From NCBI GenBank assembly GCA_041687695.1, contig JAWLBL010000005.1, positions 100,382 through 164,381 of the forward strand: a DNA stretch of 64,000 nt. Reading direction: 5' to 3'. Every line of letters begins with the position of its first letter. The first letter of the stretch is position 1. This DNA is from Myxococcota bacterium (lineage in GTDB: Bacteria; Myxococcota_A; UBA9042; PHBI01; JAWLBL01). Below, one piece after another: positions 49,947 to 58,281 of this stretch. Below the pieces are notes generated by a model that did no database searches, was not told the DNA's origin, and was given only the letters and a program-made list of their open reading frames with translations. The position numbers and the translations under genes were made by a program.

Positions 49947-50537
49947 ATGATGATGATGCAGACGGCGCGTGTAGCGGGGCTAGGGGTGATCCTGGCGGCG
50001 GGGCTGACCGCGGCGGGGTGCGGCAAGCAGGACGCCGACGGGGCGTCCAAGGGCGAGGCCTCGGCCGCGTGCGACACGGTGGGGCTGCGCAACCTGATGG
50101 AGGTGACGCCCGAGGTGGCCGCCGAGCTGCGGCCGGCCATCGGCGCCGCCGGGCTGCGGGAGGCCTGCAAGGGGGCCGGACGGACGCCGCCCCAGGGGCT
50201 CGACCAGGTGCTCGCCGCGTTGTCCTCGGCGGCTCCGGACCAACAGGCGGTGCTGGTCGCAAAGGGGATCTCGCTCGAGCCCGCGCTGTTCGGCAAGGCG
50301 TGCGCGGGCGGCGTCGGGCTGCTCGCGAGCCTGGCGACGATGGCGCCCGATCAGCGCCAGACGGCGCTGTTGGACGGCTGCCGCTTCGACCCCGAGGGCC
50401 GCATCGCCAGCCGCGCCGAGTACCTGGCGGCGCCCTCGAACCAGCTGCTCGCGGCGATGATGACCACGGCGTGGATGGGCTCGCAGGCCGAGTCGGGCGA
50501 CGGCCGCGCGGCCGTGCGGCTGCTGCTGGGGCTCTGA
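49947..50537 (+). CDS. Hypothetical lipoprotein
   Basis: GGAGGG RBS, lipobox AAGC, four further Cys residues. Confidence 0.65.
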   Translation: MMMMQTARVAGLGVILAAGLTAAGCGKQDADGASKGEASAACDTVGLRNLMEVTPEVAAELRPAIGAAGLREACKGAGRTPPQGLDQVLAALSSAAPDQQAVLVAKGISLEPALFGKACAGGVGLLASLATMAPDQRQTALLDGCRFDPEGRIASRAEYLAAPSNQLLAAMMTTAWMGSQAESGDGRAAVRLLLGL

Positions 50538-50544
50538 CCGGGCT

Positions 50545-51987
50545 TCAGCGCGCCTCGGCGGCATCGACAGCATCGACGGGGGCGGGCGCCGGGGCGCGCA
50601 GGGTCAGGGTGACCAGGACGGCGGCGGCGACGCCGATGGCGGTCAGGACCGGCTGGGCGGGGACGAAGGCCAGCCAGGCGGGCCAGGCGGCGGCGGGGAC
50701 GGCGCTGGCGGCGACGGCGGTGGTGCCGCCGGCGAGCATGCTCCAGAAGGCGGCGGCCGGGGTGGCGCGGGGCCACAGCAGGCCGGCCAGCGTGGGGACG
50801 AAGAGGCCCGAGACCATGAAGGCGTAGGCGAGGAGGATGGCCTCGAGCACGCTGGGGGAGACCAGGGCCATCAGGACCGAGGCGACGCCGATGAGCAGGG
50901 TGGCGGCGCGGCTGACCCGCAGGAGCTGGGCGTCGGTGGCGCGCGGGCGGAGGACGCCGCGGTAGAGATCGCCGACGAAGTGGCCGGAGGCGGCGAGCAG
51001 GCAGGAGTCGGCGGTCGACATGATGGCGGCGAAGTAGGCGGCGAGGACGGCGCCGGTCAGGCCGATGGGCAGGACCTCGCGGATGAGCAGCGGCAGGGCG
51101 CCCTCGGGGTCGGCGGTGGGGAACAGGACGCGGGCGATGACGCCCAGAGCGGTGCCGAGCAGGGCGATGAGCGGCCACTCGAGGAGGCCGGCCAGGTACC
51201 AGGCGCGCTTGGCGGTGGCGACGTCGCGCGCGGCGTAGATGCGCTGGTAGAGCGTATTGGCGACGAACCAGATGGGGATGATGCCGACCGCCCAGCCCAG
51301 GAGATCGGCGCCGCTGGCCTGGGTCAGGCTGAGGTGGCCGGCCGGCAGCGCGGCGGTGAGGCCGTCGAGCCCGCCGACGGCGGACCAGGCGGCCGGCAGG
51401 GCGAAGAGGGCCAGGCCGACCAGCAGGACGCCCCACTGGACGAGGTCGGTCAGGACCACCGCCTGCAGGCCGCCGAGGGCCGTGTAGCCGATGACGATGG
51501 CGGCGGTGACGAAGACGGCCAGGTGGAGGTCGAGGTCGAAGGCGACGGAGGCCAGCTTGGCGCCGGCGAGGACCTGCGCGCCAACGAAGGCGGCGTAGCC
51601 GAGGCCGGAGACGACGGCGGCGAGGCGCTGGGTGCGGGCGTCGAAGCGGTGGGCCAGGTAGTCGGCGAAGGTGGTCCAGCCGTGGGCGTCGGCGAGGGGC
51701 TTGACGCGCGGGATGACGAGGACGGCGGCGAGCCAGGCGCCGAGGAGGCCGGTGAACAGGAGCCACGAGCCCGACAGGCCAAGGGTGAAGCCGAGGCCGC
51801 CGAGGCCTATGGAGAAGCCGCCGCCGACGTCGGTGGCGACGACGGAGAGGCCGACGTGGCCCGCGGACATGTCGCGGTCGCCGACGAAGTAGGCGTTGGC
51901 GCCGCGTTGGCGGCGCATGACGCGGACGCCGATGACGAGCATCGCGGTGAAGTACAGGGCGAGCACGGCGACGTCGGCGGCGTGCAT
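50545..51987 (-). CDS. Sodium:solute symporter family protein
   Basis: YFVGDR, YTALGGLQAVVLTD, YQRIYAA and AAIMSTADS motifs. Confidence 0.92.
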   Translation of the reverse strand: MHAADVAVLALYFTAMLVIGVRVMRRQRGANAYFVGDRDMSAGHVGLSVVATDVGGGFSIGLGGLGFTLGLSGSWLLFTGLLGAWLAAVLVIPRVKPLADAHGWTTFADYLAHRFDARTQRLAAVVSGLGYAAFVGAQVLAGAKLASVAFDLDLHLAVFVTAAIVIGYTALGGLQAVVLTDLVQWGVLLVGLALFALPAAWSAVGGLDGLTAALPAGHLSLTQASGADLLGWAVGIIPIWFVANTLYQRIYAARDVATAKRAWYLAGLLEWPLIALLGTALGVIARVLFPTADPEGALPLLIREVLPIGLTGAVLAAYFAAIMSTADSCLLAASGHFVGDLYRGVLRPRATDAQLLRVSRAATLLIGVASVLMALVSPSVLEAILLAYAFMVSGLFVPTLAGLLWPRATPAAAFWSMLAGGTTAVAASAVPAAAWPAWLAFVPAQPVLTAIGVAAAVLVTLTLRAPAPAPVDAVDAAEAR

Positions 51988-52204
51988 GCGGGGGCCTCCT
52001 CGCGCGGGCGGCGGGCTTTGGACGGGCGGAGGTCGCGCCTGGGGGCCGGCGGGGCAGGCGCGCCGCATGGGGCGGGCGCCGAGGCCGGGCGGGTGGCGGA
52101 CCGGGTTCGCGCGGGATGTTAGTGGCTCGCGGCCGAGGTCGCCAGCGTCGACCCAGGGTCATCGCCAGGCCGAGGCCCTGTCCGCCGCCGCAGCAGCCGG
52201 CCCT

Positions 52205-52318
52205 GGAGTGCTCCAGCTTGCTGGAGCCCCGGCCCCGGCGGCTTGCCGCCGGGATCGGGCGGCCAGCCCGGCGCAGCAAGCTGCGCCGGATGGGGGCTCC
52301 ACCAAGGTGGAGCACTCC
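52205..52318. repeat. REPIN-like element: inverted GGAG-type REPs enclosing two further hairpins
   Basis: GGAGTGCTCCAGCTTGCTGGAGC and an inverted GGAGTGCTCCACCTTGGTGGAGC; inner hairpins CCCGGCGG-CTTG-CCGCCGGG and CCGGCGCAG-CAAG-CTGCGCCGG. Confidence 0.7.
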
Positions 52319-52470
52319 GAGCACGCGCTCGTGACAGCCTCGCCTCGCCGACGCGACGGTTCCGGCGCCATGGACCCGGCGACGACAGTGGGCGACATCG
52401 ACCAGAGGCGGGGCCCGCGCTCGCCGGTCGGGGTTGCGCGCGCTCGGCGCCTCGGCTACAGCTGCGCGCC

Positions 52471-53589
52471 ATGACGACGCGACGCCCTGCCCTGATCTCG
52501 TGTTTGTTCCTGGCGCTGGCGGCCTGCGGGTCCGACGGCGGCTCGCCGACCCCGACTCCAGACGTCGACGCGACCACGTCCGATGCGCCGTCGGACGACG
52601 CGGACGACGCGGCCGAGCCCGACGTCGCCGAGCCCGACGTCGCCGAGTCCGACGCCACCGAGACCGACGCGGCCGAGCCCGACGCCGAGCCCGACGCGGC
52701 CGAGCCCGACGTCGCCCAGCCCGACGTCGCCCAGCCCGACGTCGCCGAGCCCGACGCCACCGAGCCCGACGCCACCGAGCCCGACGCCACCGAGCCCGAC
52801 GTCGCCGAACCCGAGCCCGACGTCGCCGAGCCCGAGCCCGACGTCGCCGAGCCCGAGCCCGACGTCGCGACGGAGCCCGACGTCACCCCGGACGTCGACC
52901 TGAACCCCTGCCCCTCCGGCGCCTGCGTCCCCGGCACCCTGACCTGCCCCAGCCTGGCCTCGACCAGCACCTGCGTCGAGGGCGCCATGGGCTGCGGCAG
53001 CTGGGCCGTCTCCTCGCCCTGCCCGCCCAACCACGTCTGCCACCACGGCGAGTGCGCCGCCTGCGTCGACGCCTACACCGACGACGCCGGTCTCCCCGAG
53101 GAGTGGGCCATCAACGGCCTGACCTGCGTCGGCGTCGCCTTCGGCACCGCCCCGGCCACCTTCTCGCCGGCGTCGCCCATCACCCGCGGCGAGGCCCTGG
53201 GCTGGCTGGTCCACGGCATGCAGTGGACCGTCGAGTGCCCCTTCACGCCCACCTTCACCGATCTCGCCGGCTCCAACTGGGCCTGCGAGGTCGAGACCGC
53301 CGCCGCCCACGGCCTGCTGACCCCCGACGCCGCCGGCAAGGCCCACCCCGACCAGCCGCTCACCCGCGCCGACCTCGCCGTCTACGCCCTGCGCGCCGTC
53401 GAGCTCCCGCCCGAGCCGCTCGGAGACAACCCCTTCACCGACACCGTCGGCCACCCGGCCGAGCCCTGGATCACCCTGGCCTTCGAGCTGGGCCTGGTCT
53501 TCCCCCAGTCCGGCGACGACCTCTACGGCCCCGACGACCCCGCCACCCGCGCCGCCGCGGCCTTCGCCGTCTGGGAGGTCGCCCGCTGA
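52471..53589 (+). CDS. Lipoprotein with acidic repeat stalk and three S-layer homology (SLH) domains
   Basis: Lipobox LAAC; (E/Q)PD(V/A)(A/T) repeats; Cys-rich segment; ITRGE, FTD..LTRAD and FTD..ATRAA SLH motifs. Confidence 0.8.
   Translation: MTTRRPALISCLFLALAACGSDGGSPTPTPDVDATTSDAPSDDADDAAEPDVAEPDVAESDATETDAAEPDAEPDAAEPDVAQPDVAQPDVAEPDATEPDATEPDATEPDVAEPEPDVAEPEPDVAEPEPDVATEPDVTPDVDLNPCPSGACVPGTLTCPSLASTSTCVEGAMGCGSWAVSSPCPPNHVCHHGECAACVDAYTDDAGLPEEWAINGLTCVGVAFGTAPATFSPASPITRGEALGWLVHGMQWTVECPFTPTFTDLAGSNWACEVETAAAHGLLTPDAAGKAHPDQPLTRADLAVYALRAVELPPEPLGDNPFTDTVGHPAEPWITLAFELGLVFPQSGDDLYGPDDPATRAAAAFAVWEVAR
52610..52880 (+). repeat. Coding tandem repeat of about 15 bp ([10 protein letters not shown])
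   Basis: GAGCCCGACG(T/C)C(G/A)CC reiterated many times. Confidence 0.85.
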
Positions 53590-53729
53590 GGCCGGCCAGC
53601 CCGGCTTGCTCGCCCCCGACCCGGCGGACTAGACTCCACGCCGTGTTGGCCGCCGACGACGCGCGGCCGACGGGCGCGGGGGAGGACCGGGATGCGGGTG
53701 CGGCAGACTGACGGCGAGGCGCTGACGCC

Positions 53730-55109
53730 GTGAGCCGCGTCCTGCTGTTCAACCCGGTCACCCCGGGGCGCCCGGTCCTGCGCGACTTCGCCTGCGGCGA
53801 CTCGACCAAGGGCGACTACTACTGGGCGCCCATCGATCTGCTGGTCCTGTCGGGCCTGCTCGACGCCGACCACCAGCTGACCGTCATCGACGCCGAGGTC
53901 GAGCGCCTCAGCCCCGCCGAGGCCGTCCGCCGCGCCGCCGCCGCCCGCCCCGACGTCGTCTTCACCCTGACCAGCGCCATCACCCTGGCCAGCGACGACC
54001 GCCTCCTGGGCACCCTCAAGCAGGCCACCGGCGCCCGCGTCTACGGCCTGGGCGACGTGGCCTCCTTCGCCCCGGCCGACGCCCTGGCCGCCGCCCCCGC
54101 CTTCGACGGCCTGGTCCAGAACTTCGCCGACCCCTCCCTGGTCCGCCTGGCCGCCGGCGACTCCGACGGCGTCACCAGCGTCGTGCTGCGCCGCGGCGAC
54201 CGCGTCGACGCCCGCCCGGTCGCCAAGGCCGACCCCATGCGCTACGGGCTGCCGCGCCACGACCTCTTCCCGCTGCACCGCTACCGCCTGCCCTTCAGCC
54301 GCACCGCCCGCTCCTCCACCATCCTGACCGCCTACGGCTGCCCCTTCCCCTGCACCTTCTGCAACTCGAACCTCCTCCCCTGGCAGCTGCGCCCCATCGA
54401 CGACGTCGCCGCCGAGCTCACCCACCTGCGCCGCCTCGGCGTCCGCGACGTCTACCTCCGCGACTTCAGCTTCGGCCCCACCCGTCGCCGCGCCCAGCAG
54501 CTCTGCGAGGCCATGACCGCCGCCGCCCGCGACCTCCGCTGGTCCGCCGAGTGCCGCCTCGAGACCCTCGACCCCGACCTGCTCGCCCAGATGCGCCGCG
54601 CCGGCTGCGACGTCATCCTGGTCGGCCTCGAGACCGGCGACGCCGACGTCGCGCGCCAGCTCGGCAAGCGCCTCGACCACGACCGCGCCCACCGCCTGCT
54701 CGCCCACGCCCGCCGCCTCGGCCTACGCGTCTGCGGCCACTTCGTCCTCGGCGCCCCCGGCGAGACCCGCGACCAGGTCCAGCGCACCCTGCGCTACGCC
54801 GCCAGCCTCCCGCTCGACTACGCCTCCTTCAACCTCTACGCCCCGCGCCTCGGCACCCCCATGCGCCAGCGCCTCGTCGCCGAAGGCCGCCTCGCCCCGA
54901 CCGACCTCACCGGCCAGGACGTCTCCGTGCACGCCAACGCCTTCTCGGCCGTCCCGCCCGACGCGCTGCGCCACCTCTTCGTCCGCGGCGTCCTGTCCTT
55001 CTACTTCCGCCCGCGCCAGCTCGCGCGCCTGCTGCGCTGCACCCCCTGGTCGGTCCTGGCCCGCCAGGGCCTCGGCGTCCTGCGCGGCCTGACGAGCGCC
55101 CAAGCATGA
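53730..55109 (+). CDS. Radical SAM protein with N-terminal B12-binding-like domain
   Basis: GCPFPCTFC (CxxxCxxC), MRRAGC..ILVGLETG, FVLGAPGET and PRLGT motifs. Confidence 0.88.
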   Translation: MSRVLLFNPVTPGRPVLRDFACGDSTKGDYYWAPIDLLVLSGLLDADHQLTVIDAEVERLSPAEAVRRAAAARPDVVFTLTSAITLASDDRLLGTLKQATGARVYGLGDVASFAPADALAAAPAFDGLVQNFADPSLVRLAAGDSDGVTSVVLRRGDRVDARPVAKADPMRYGLPRHDLFPLHRYRLPFSRTARSSTILTAYGCPFPCTFCNSNLLPWQLRPIDDVAAELTHLRRLGVRDVYLRDFSFGPTRRRAQQLCEAMTAAARDLRWSAECRLETLDPDLLAQMRRAGCDVILVGLETGDADVARQLGKRLDHDRAHRLLAHARRLGLRVCGHFVLGAPGETRDQVQRTLRYAASLPLDYASFNLYAPRLGTPMRQRLVAEGRLAPTDLTGQDVSVHANAFSAVPPDALRHLFVRGVLSFYFRPRQLARLLRCTPWSVLARQGLGVLRGLTSAQA

Positions 55110-55993
55110 CCCTCCCCGCCCCCATCGCCCCGGCCGAGGACGGCCTCACCGTCGTCGTCCCGGCCCTCAACGAAGAGCTGGGCATCGCCGCCACCCTGGC
55201 CGCCCTGAACGACGCCCTGCGCGCCATCGACGGCCCCACCGAGGTCATCGTCGTCGACGACGGCTCGCGCGACCGCACCGCCGACCTCGCCCGCGCCGCC
55301 GGCGCCCGCGTCCTGTCGCACCCCGAGCCGGGCGGCTACGGGCGCGCCCTCAAGACCGGCATCGCCGCCGCCCGCTACGAGACCATCGCCATCACCGACG
55401 CCGACGGCACCTACCCGGTCGCCGAGCTGCCCCGCATGGTCGCGCTCCTGACCGACTACGACATGGTCGTCGGCGCCCGCACCGGCCCGCTCTACCGCCG
55501 CAAGGCCCTGCTGTCGCCCCTGCGCACCGCCTTCCTGCTGCTGTCCAGCTTCGTCACGGGCACCTGGATCCCCGACCCCAACAGCGGCCTGCGCGTCTTC
55601 CGCCGCTCGCAGGTCGTCCCGCTCTTGCCCCAGCTGCCGCGCGCCTTCTCCTTCACGACCACCCTCACCCTCATCCTCACCCTGGCCGGCTGCTTCGTCG
55701 CCTACCACCGCATCCCCTACCTGAAGCGCCTCGGCCGCTCGAAGGTCCGCATCGTCCGCGACGCCCTGCGCGTCGGCCAGACCCTGGTCGAGGTCATCCT
55801 CGTCCACAACCCGCTCAAGCTGTTCCTGCTGGTCGCCGCCCTCGCCTTCCTGCTCTCCATCGTCTTCTTCGCCCTCGCCACCTTTGGCCCGGCCTTCGTC
55901 GTCGCCGGCGCCGTCCTGCTGGCCACCGCCATCCTGGCCTTCACCGCGGGCCTGCTCGCCGTGGTCGTGCTCGCCGACCGCCGCGTGCGATGA
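55106..55993 (+). CDS. Family 2 glycosyltransferase (polyprenol-phosphate glycosyltransferase-like) with two C-terminal TM helices
   Basis: VVVPALNEE, VVDDGSRD, GYGRAL, TDADG, VVGAR, DPNSGLR and GRSK motifs; ATGA overlap. Confidence 0.92.
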   Translation: MTLPAPIAPAEDGLTVVVPALNEELGIAATLAALNDALRAIDGPTEVIVVDDGSRDRTADLARAAGARVLSHPEPGGYGRALKTGIAAARYETIAITDADGTYPVAELPRMVALLTDYDMVVGARTGPLYRRKALLSPLRTAFLLLSSFVTGTWIPDPNSGLRVFRRSQVVPLLPQLPRAFSFTTTLTLILTLAGCFVAYHRIPYLKRLGRSKVRIVRDALRVGQTLVEVILVHNPLKLFLLVAALAFLLSIVFFALATFGPAFVVAGAVLLATAILAFTAGLLAVVVLADRRVR

Positions 55994-58266
55994 CGGCGCG
56001 CCGCCTCGCCCTCGCGGCCCTGCTGCTGGCCTGCGTCGCCGCCTCGCCCGCCGCCGCCCAGCCCGCCCCCGACCCGCGCGCGGCCATCCCGCCCGGCCAC
56101 GAGACCACCATCCGCGCTCTCGTCGAGCCGCTCCCCGCCGGCGCCCGCCTCGAGCAGCTGACCATCCGCGCCCGCGCCTTCACCTTCGACCTCGACCTCG
56201 CCGGCACCCCCGTCGCCCTGCAGGTCGACGCCGACCGCCAGCCCCCGGCCCGCCTGACCCCCGACGTCGCCGCCCTCCCCGCCCCCGCGCGCGCCCTGGC
56301 CCAGCCGCTGCTGACCACCGTCACCACCCGCCTGAGCCCCGCCTTCTGGGCCAGCGTCCTCAAACCTCGTCCGCCCCCCGCCGACCCCGCCCGCGTCCAG
56401 GCCGCCGCCCCGCCCCGCCGCGCCCCCGTCGCCTGGTGGCCGCTGCTCGCCGGCCTGTGGTCGGGCGCCCTGCTCCTGCTCGCCGCCCTGCGCGCCCGCC
56501 GCCCGACCGGCGCCCTCCTGACCTTCGGCGCCGCCGCGGCCCCGCTGCTCTACCTCGCCGCCACCGCCGACGAGCGCGCCCTCATCACCCTCGCCCTGTC
56601 CACCGCGGCCGTCGCGGGCCTGGGCGCCCTCGCCCTTCCGCTGACCCGCCGACTCCCCGCGCCCGCCCCGCTGCGCAGCGGCCCCGGGCTGGCCCTCGAC
56701 GCCGCCGCCGTCCTGGCCTGGAGCCTGCTGGTCCGCCTGGTCCTGACCACGCCCAACGTCCTGACCGACGGCGGCAGCATGGAGGGCCGCGCCTTCAAGC
56801 TCATGCCAGGCTTCGGCGGCGTCAGCGTCCTGTTCGATCTCCTGCTGCCCGGCGCCGCCGTCATCGACCCCACGGTCGCCGCCTCGACCCTGCTGTCCGC
56901 CCTGGCGCCCGTCGGCGTCCTGTTGCTGGGCCGCGCCCTGCTCGGCCGCCGCCCCGAGGCCCTGCTCGCCGGCCTGGCCATGGCCTCGCTGCCCGTCCAC
57001 GCGGCCCTGTTCTCCAGCGACTTCGAGAGCGGCCCCACCCTGGCGCTGCTGACCGTCGGCCTGGGCGCCCTGCTGCTGGGCCTGCGCGAGGCGCGCCCCC
57101 TCGCCGCCGCCGCGGGCGCCGCCCTGACCGCCTACGCCGTGTGGGGCCGGCCCGAGGCGGTGGTCGCCGGCGTCCCGGTCGCTGCGGCGGTCCTGGTCCA
57201 CCACGCGGTCTGGCGCCGCGACCCGCGCCTGCTGGCGCCCCTGGCCTGGCTGGGCCTGGTCGCCACCGCCCGCATCGTCCTGCTGCGCGGGGCCACCAAG
57301 CTGCCGCCCAGCCGCTTCAAGCCCTGGGGCCCCGTCTGGGACCTGCCAATGACCGACTTGTTGGCGCAGAGCGCGCTGCTCCCGCCCTGGCTGTGGGCCG
57401 CCCCCGTGGGCCTGGTCGCCCTGTGGCGCCGCGACCGGGCGGGCACCTTCATCCTGGTGCTGGGCCTCATGGGTGGCTACCTGCCCCTGCAGCTGTCCGA
57501 CGCCCTGGCCAGCGACGCCACCGAGACCCACATGGAGGTCTTCCGCTACGGCGCCTTCGCCATGCCCTGGGCCTGCCTGCTGGCCGCCGCCGGCCTGGGC
57601 GCGCTGGGCCGGCTGCTGCTGGGCCGGCGCCCGGGCGGCATCCGCTGGGCGACGGGCCTGGCCGCCGGGGCCCTGGTGGCCACGCCGCTGGTCAACCTGG
57701 ACTACCTGGGCGTCACCTACGGGCCGCAGCTCGAGCGCCAGGCCTTCCTGGACGCGGTCGAGCAGGTCGACGGGACCTGCTGGATCGTCGCGCCCGACGA
57801 TCTGGGCGACGAGGCCGACCAGGGCGGCGGCACCATCGAGATCCACAAGCGCTACGAGCTGGTGCTGGCCGACGCCGAGGCCCAGGGCCTCAGCCGCTAC
57901 CCGCGTCATCAGGTCGTCGGCACCACCGAGTTCCTGGCCGCCGTCGACCGCCAGCGCGCCCAGGGCTCGCGGGCCCTGCCGACCGCGCGCCAGGTCGTGC
58001 AGGACGGCCGCGACTTCGACCCGGGCCTCGACGCCAGCTGCTGGTACTACTTCCGCGGCCTGTACTGCGACGACGGCTTCGAGGGCCACCCGACGGGCGT
58101 CTGCCAGCGCCTCGAGGCCGCCGTCGAGGCCCAGCCGGTCTACGAGCGCACCTTCGAGTACCGGCACCACCGGCTGGTGACCCGCCCCGACCTGCGCCGC
58201 GCCCCGCTGTACGACCCGGCGCGCCGCCTCGAGCTGTTCCGGCTCACCGGCCTGCGCGAACCCTGA
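55990..58266 (+). CDS. Polytopic membrane protein, GT-C-like, with Cys-containing C-terminal domain
   Basis: ATGA overlap; signal peptide; LPVHAALFSSD, RPE and RY loops; C-terminal SCWYYFRGLYC..C. Confidence 0.7.
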   Translation: MTARRLALAALLLACVAASPAAAQPAPDPRAAIPPGHETTIRALVEPLPAGARLEQLTIRARAFTFDLDLAGTPVALQVDADRQPPARLTPDVAALPAPARALAQPLLTTVTTRLSPAFWASVLKPRPPPADPARVQAAAPPRRAPVAWWPLLAGLWSGALLLLAALRARRPTGALLTFGAAAAPLLYLAATADERALITLALSTAAVAGLGALALPLTRRLPAPAPLRSGPGLALDAAAVLAWSLLVRLVLTTPNVLTDGGSMEGRAFKLMPGFGGVSVLFDLLLPGAAVIDPTVAASTLLSALAPVGVLLLGRALLGRRPEALLAGLAMASLPVHAALFSSDFESGPTLALLTVGLGALLLGLREARPLAAAAGAALTAYAVWGRPEAVVAGVPVAAAVLVHHAVWRRDPRLLAPLAWLGLVATARIVLLRGATKLPPSRFKPWGPVWDLPMTDLLAQSALLPPWLWAAPVGLVALWRRDRAGTFILVLGLMGGYLPLQLSDALASDATETHMEVFRYGAFAMPWACLLAAAGLGALGRLLLGRRPGGIRWATGLAAGALVATPLVNLDYLGVTYGPQLERQAFLDAVEQVDGTCWIVAPDDLGDEADQGGGTIEIHKRYELVLADAEAQGLSRYPRHQVVGTTEFLAAVDRQRAQGSRALPTARQVVQDGRDFDPGLDASCWYYFRGLYCDDGFEGHPTGVCQRLEAAVEAQPVYERTFEYRHHRLVTRPDLRRAPLYDPARRLELFRLTGLREP

Positions 58267-58281
58267 CCCCGACCACCGGCC

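Noticed and set aside
51988..52470. Possible riboswitch upstream of the sodium:solute symporter
   Set aside because: I could not recognise any aptamer consensus, and the strong structure is better explained by the symmetric REPIN-like element. An Rfam scan would be needed to exclude it.
52610..52880. Dense short repeats resembling a CRISPR or satellite array
   Set aside because: They are in-frame coding repeats with no unique spacers, and no cas genes are present.
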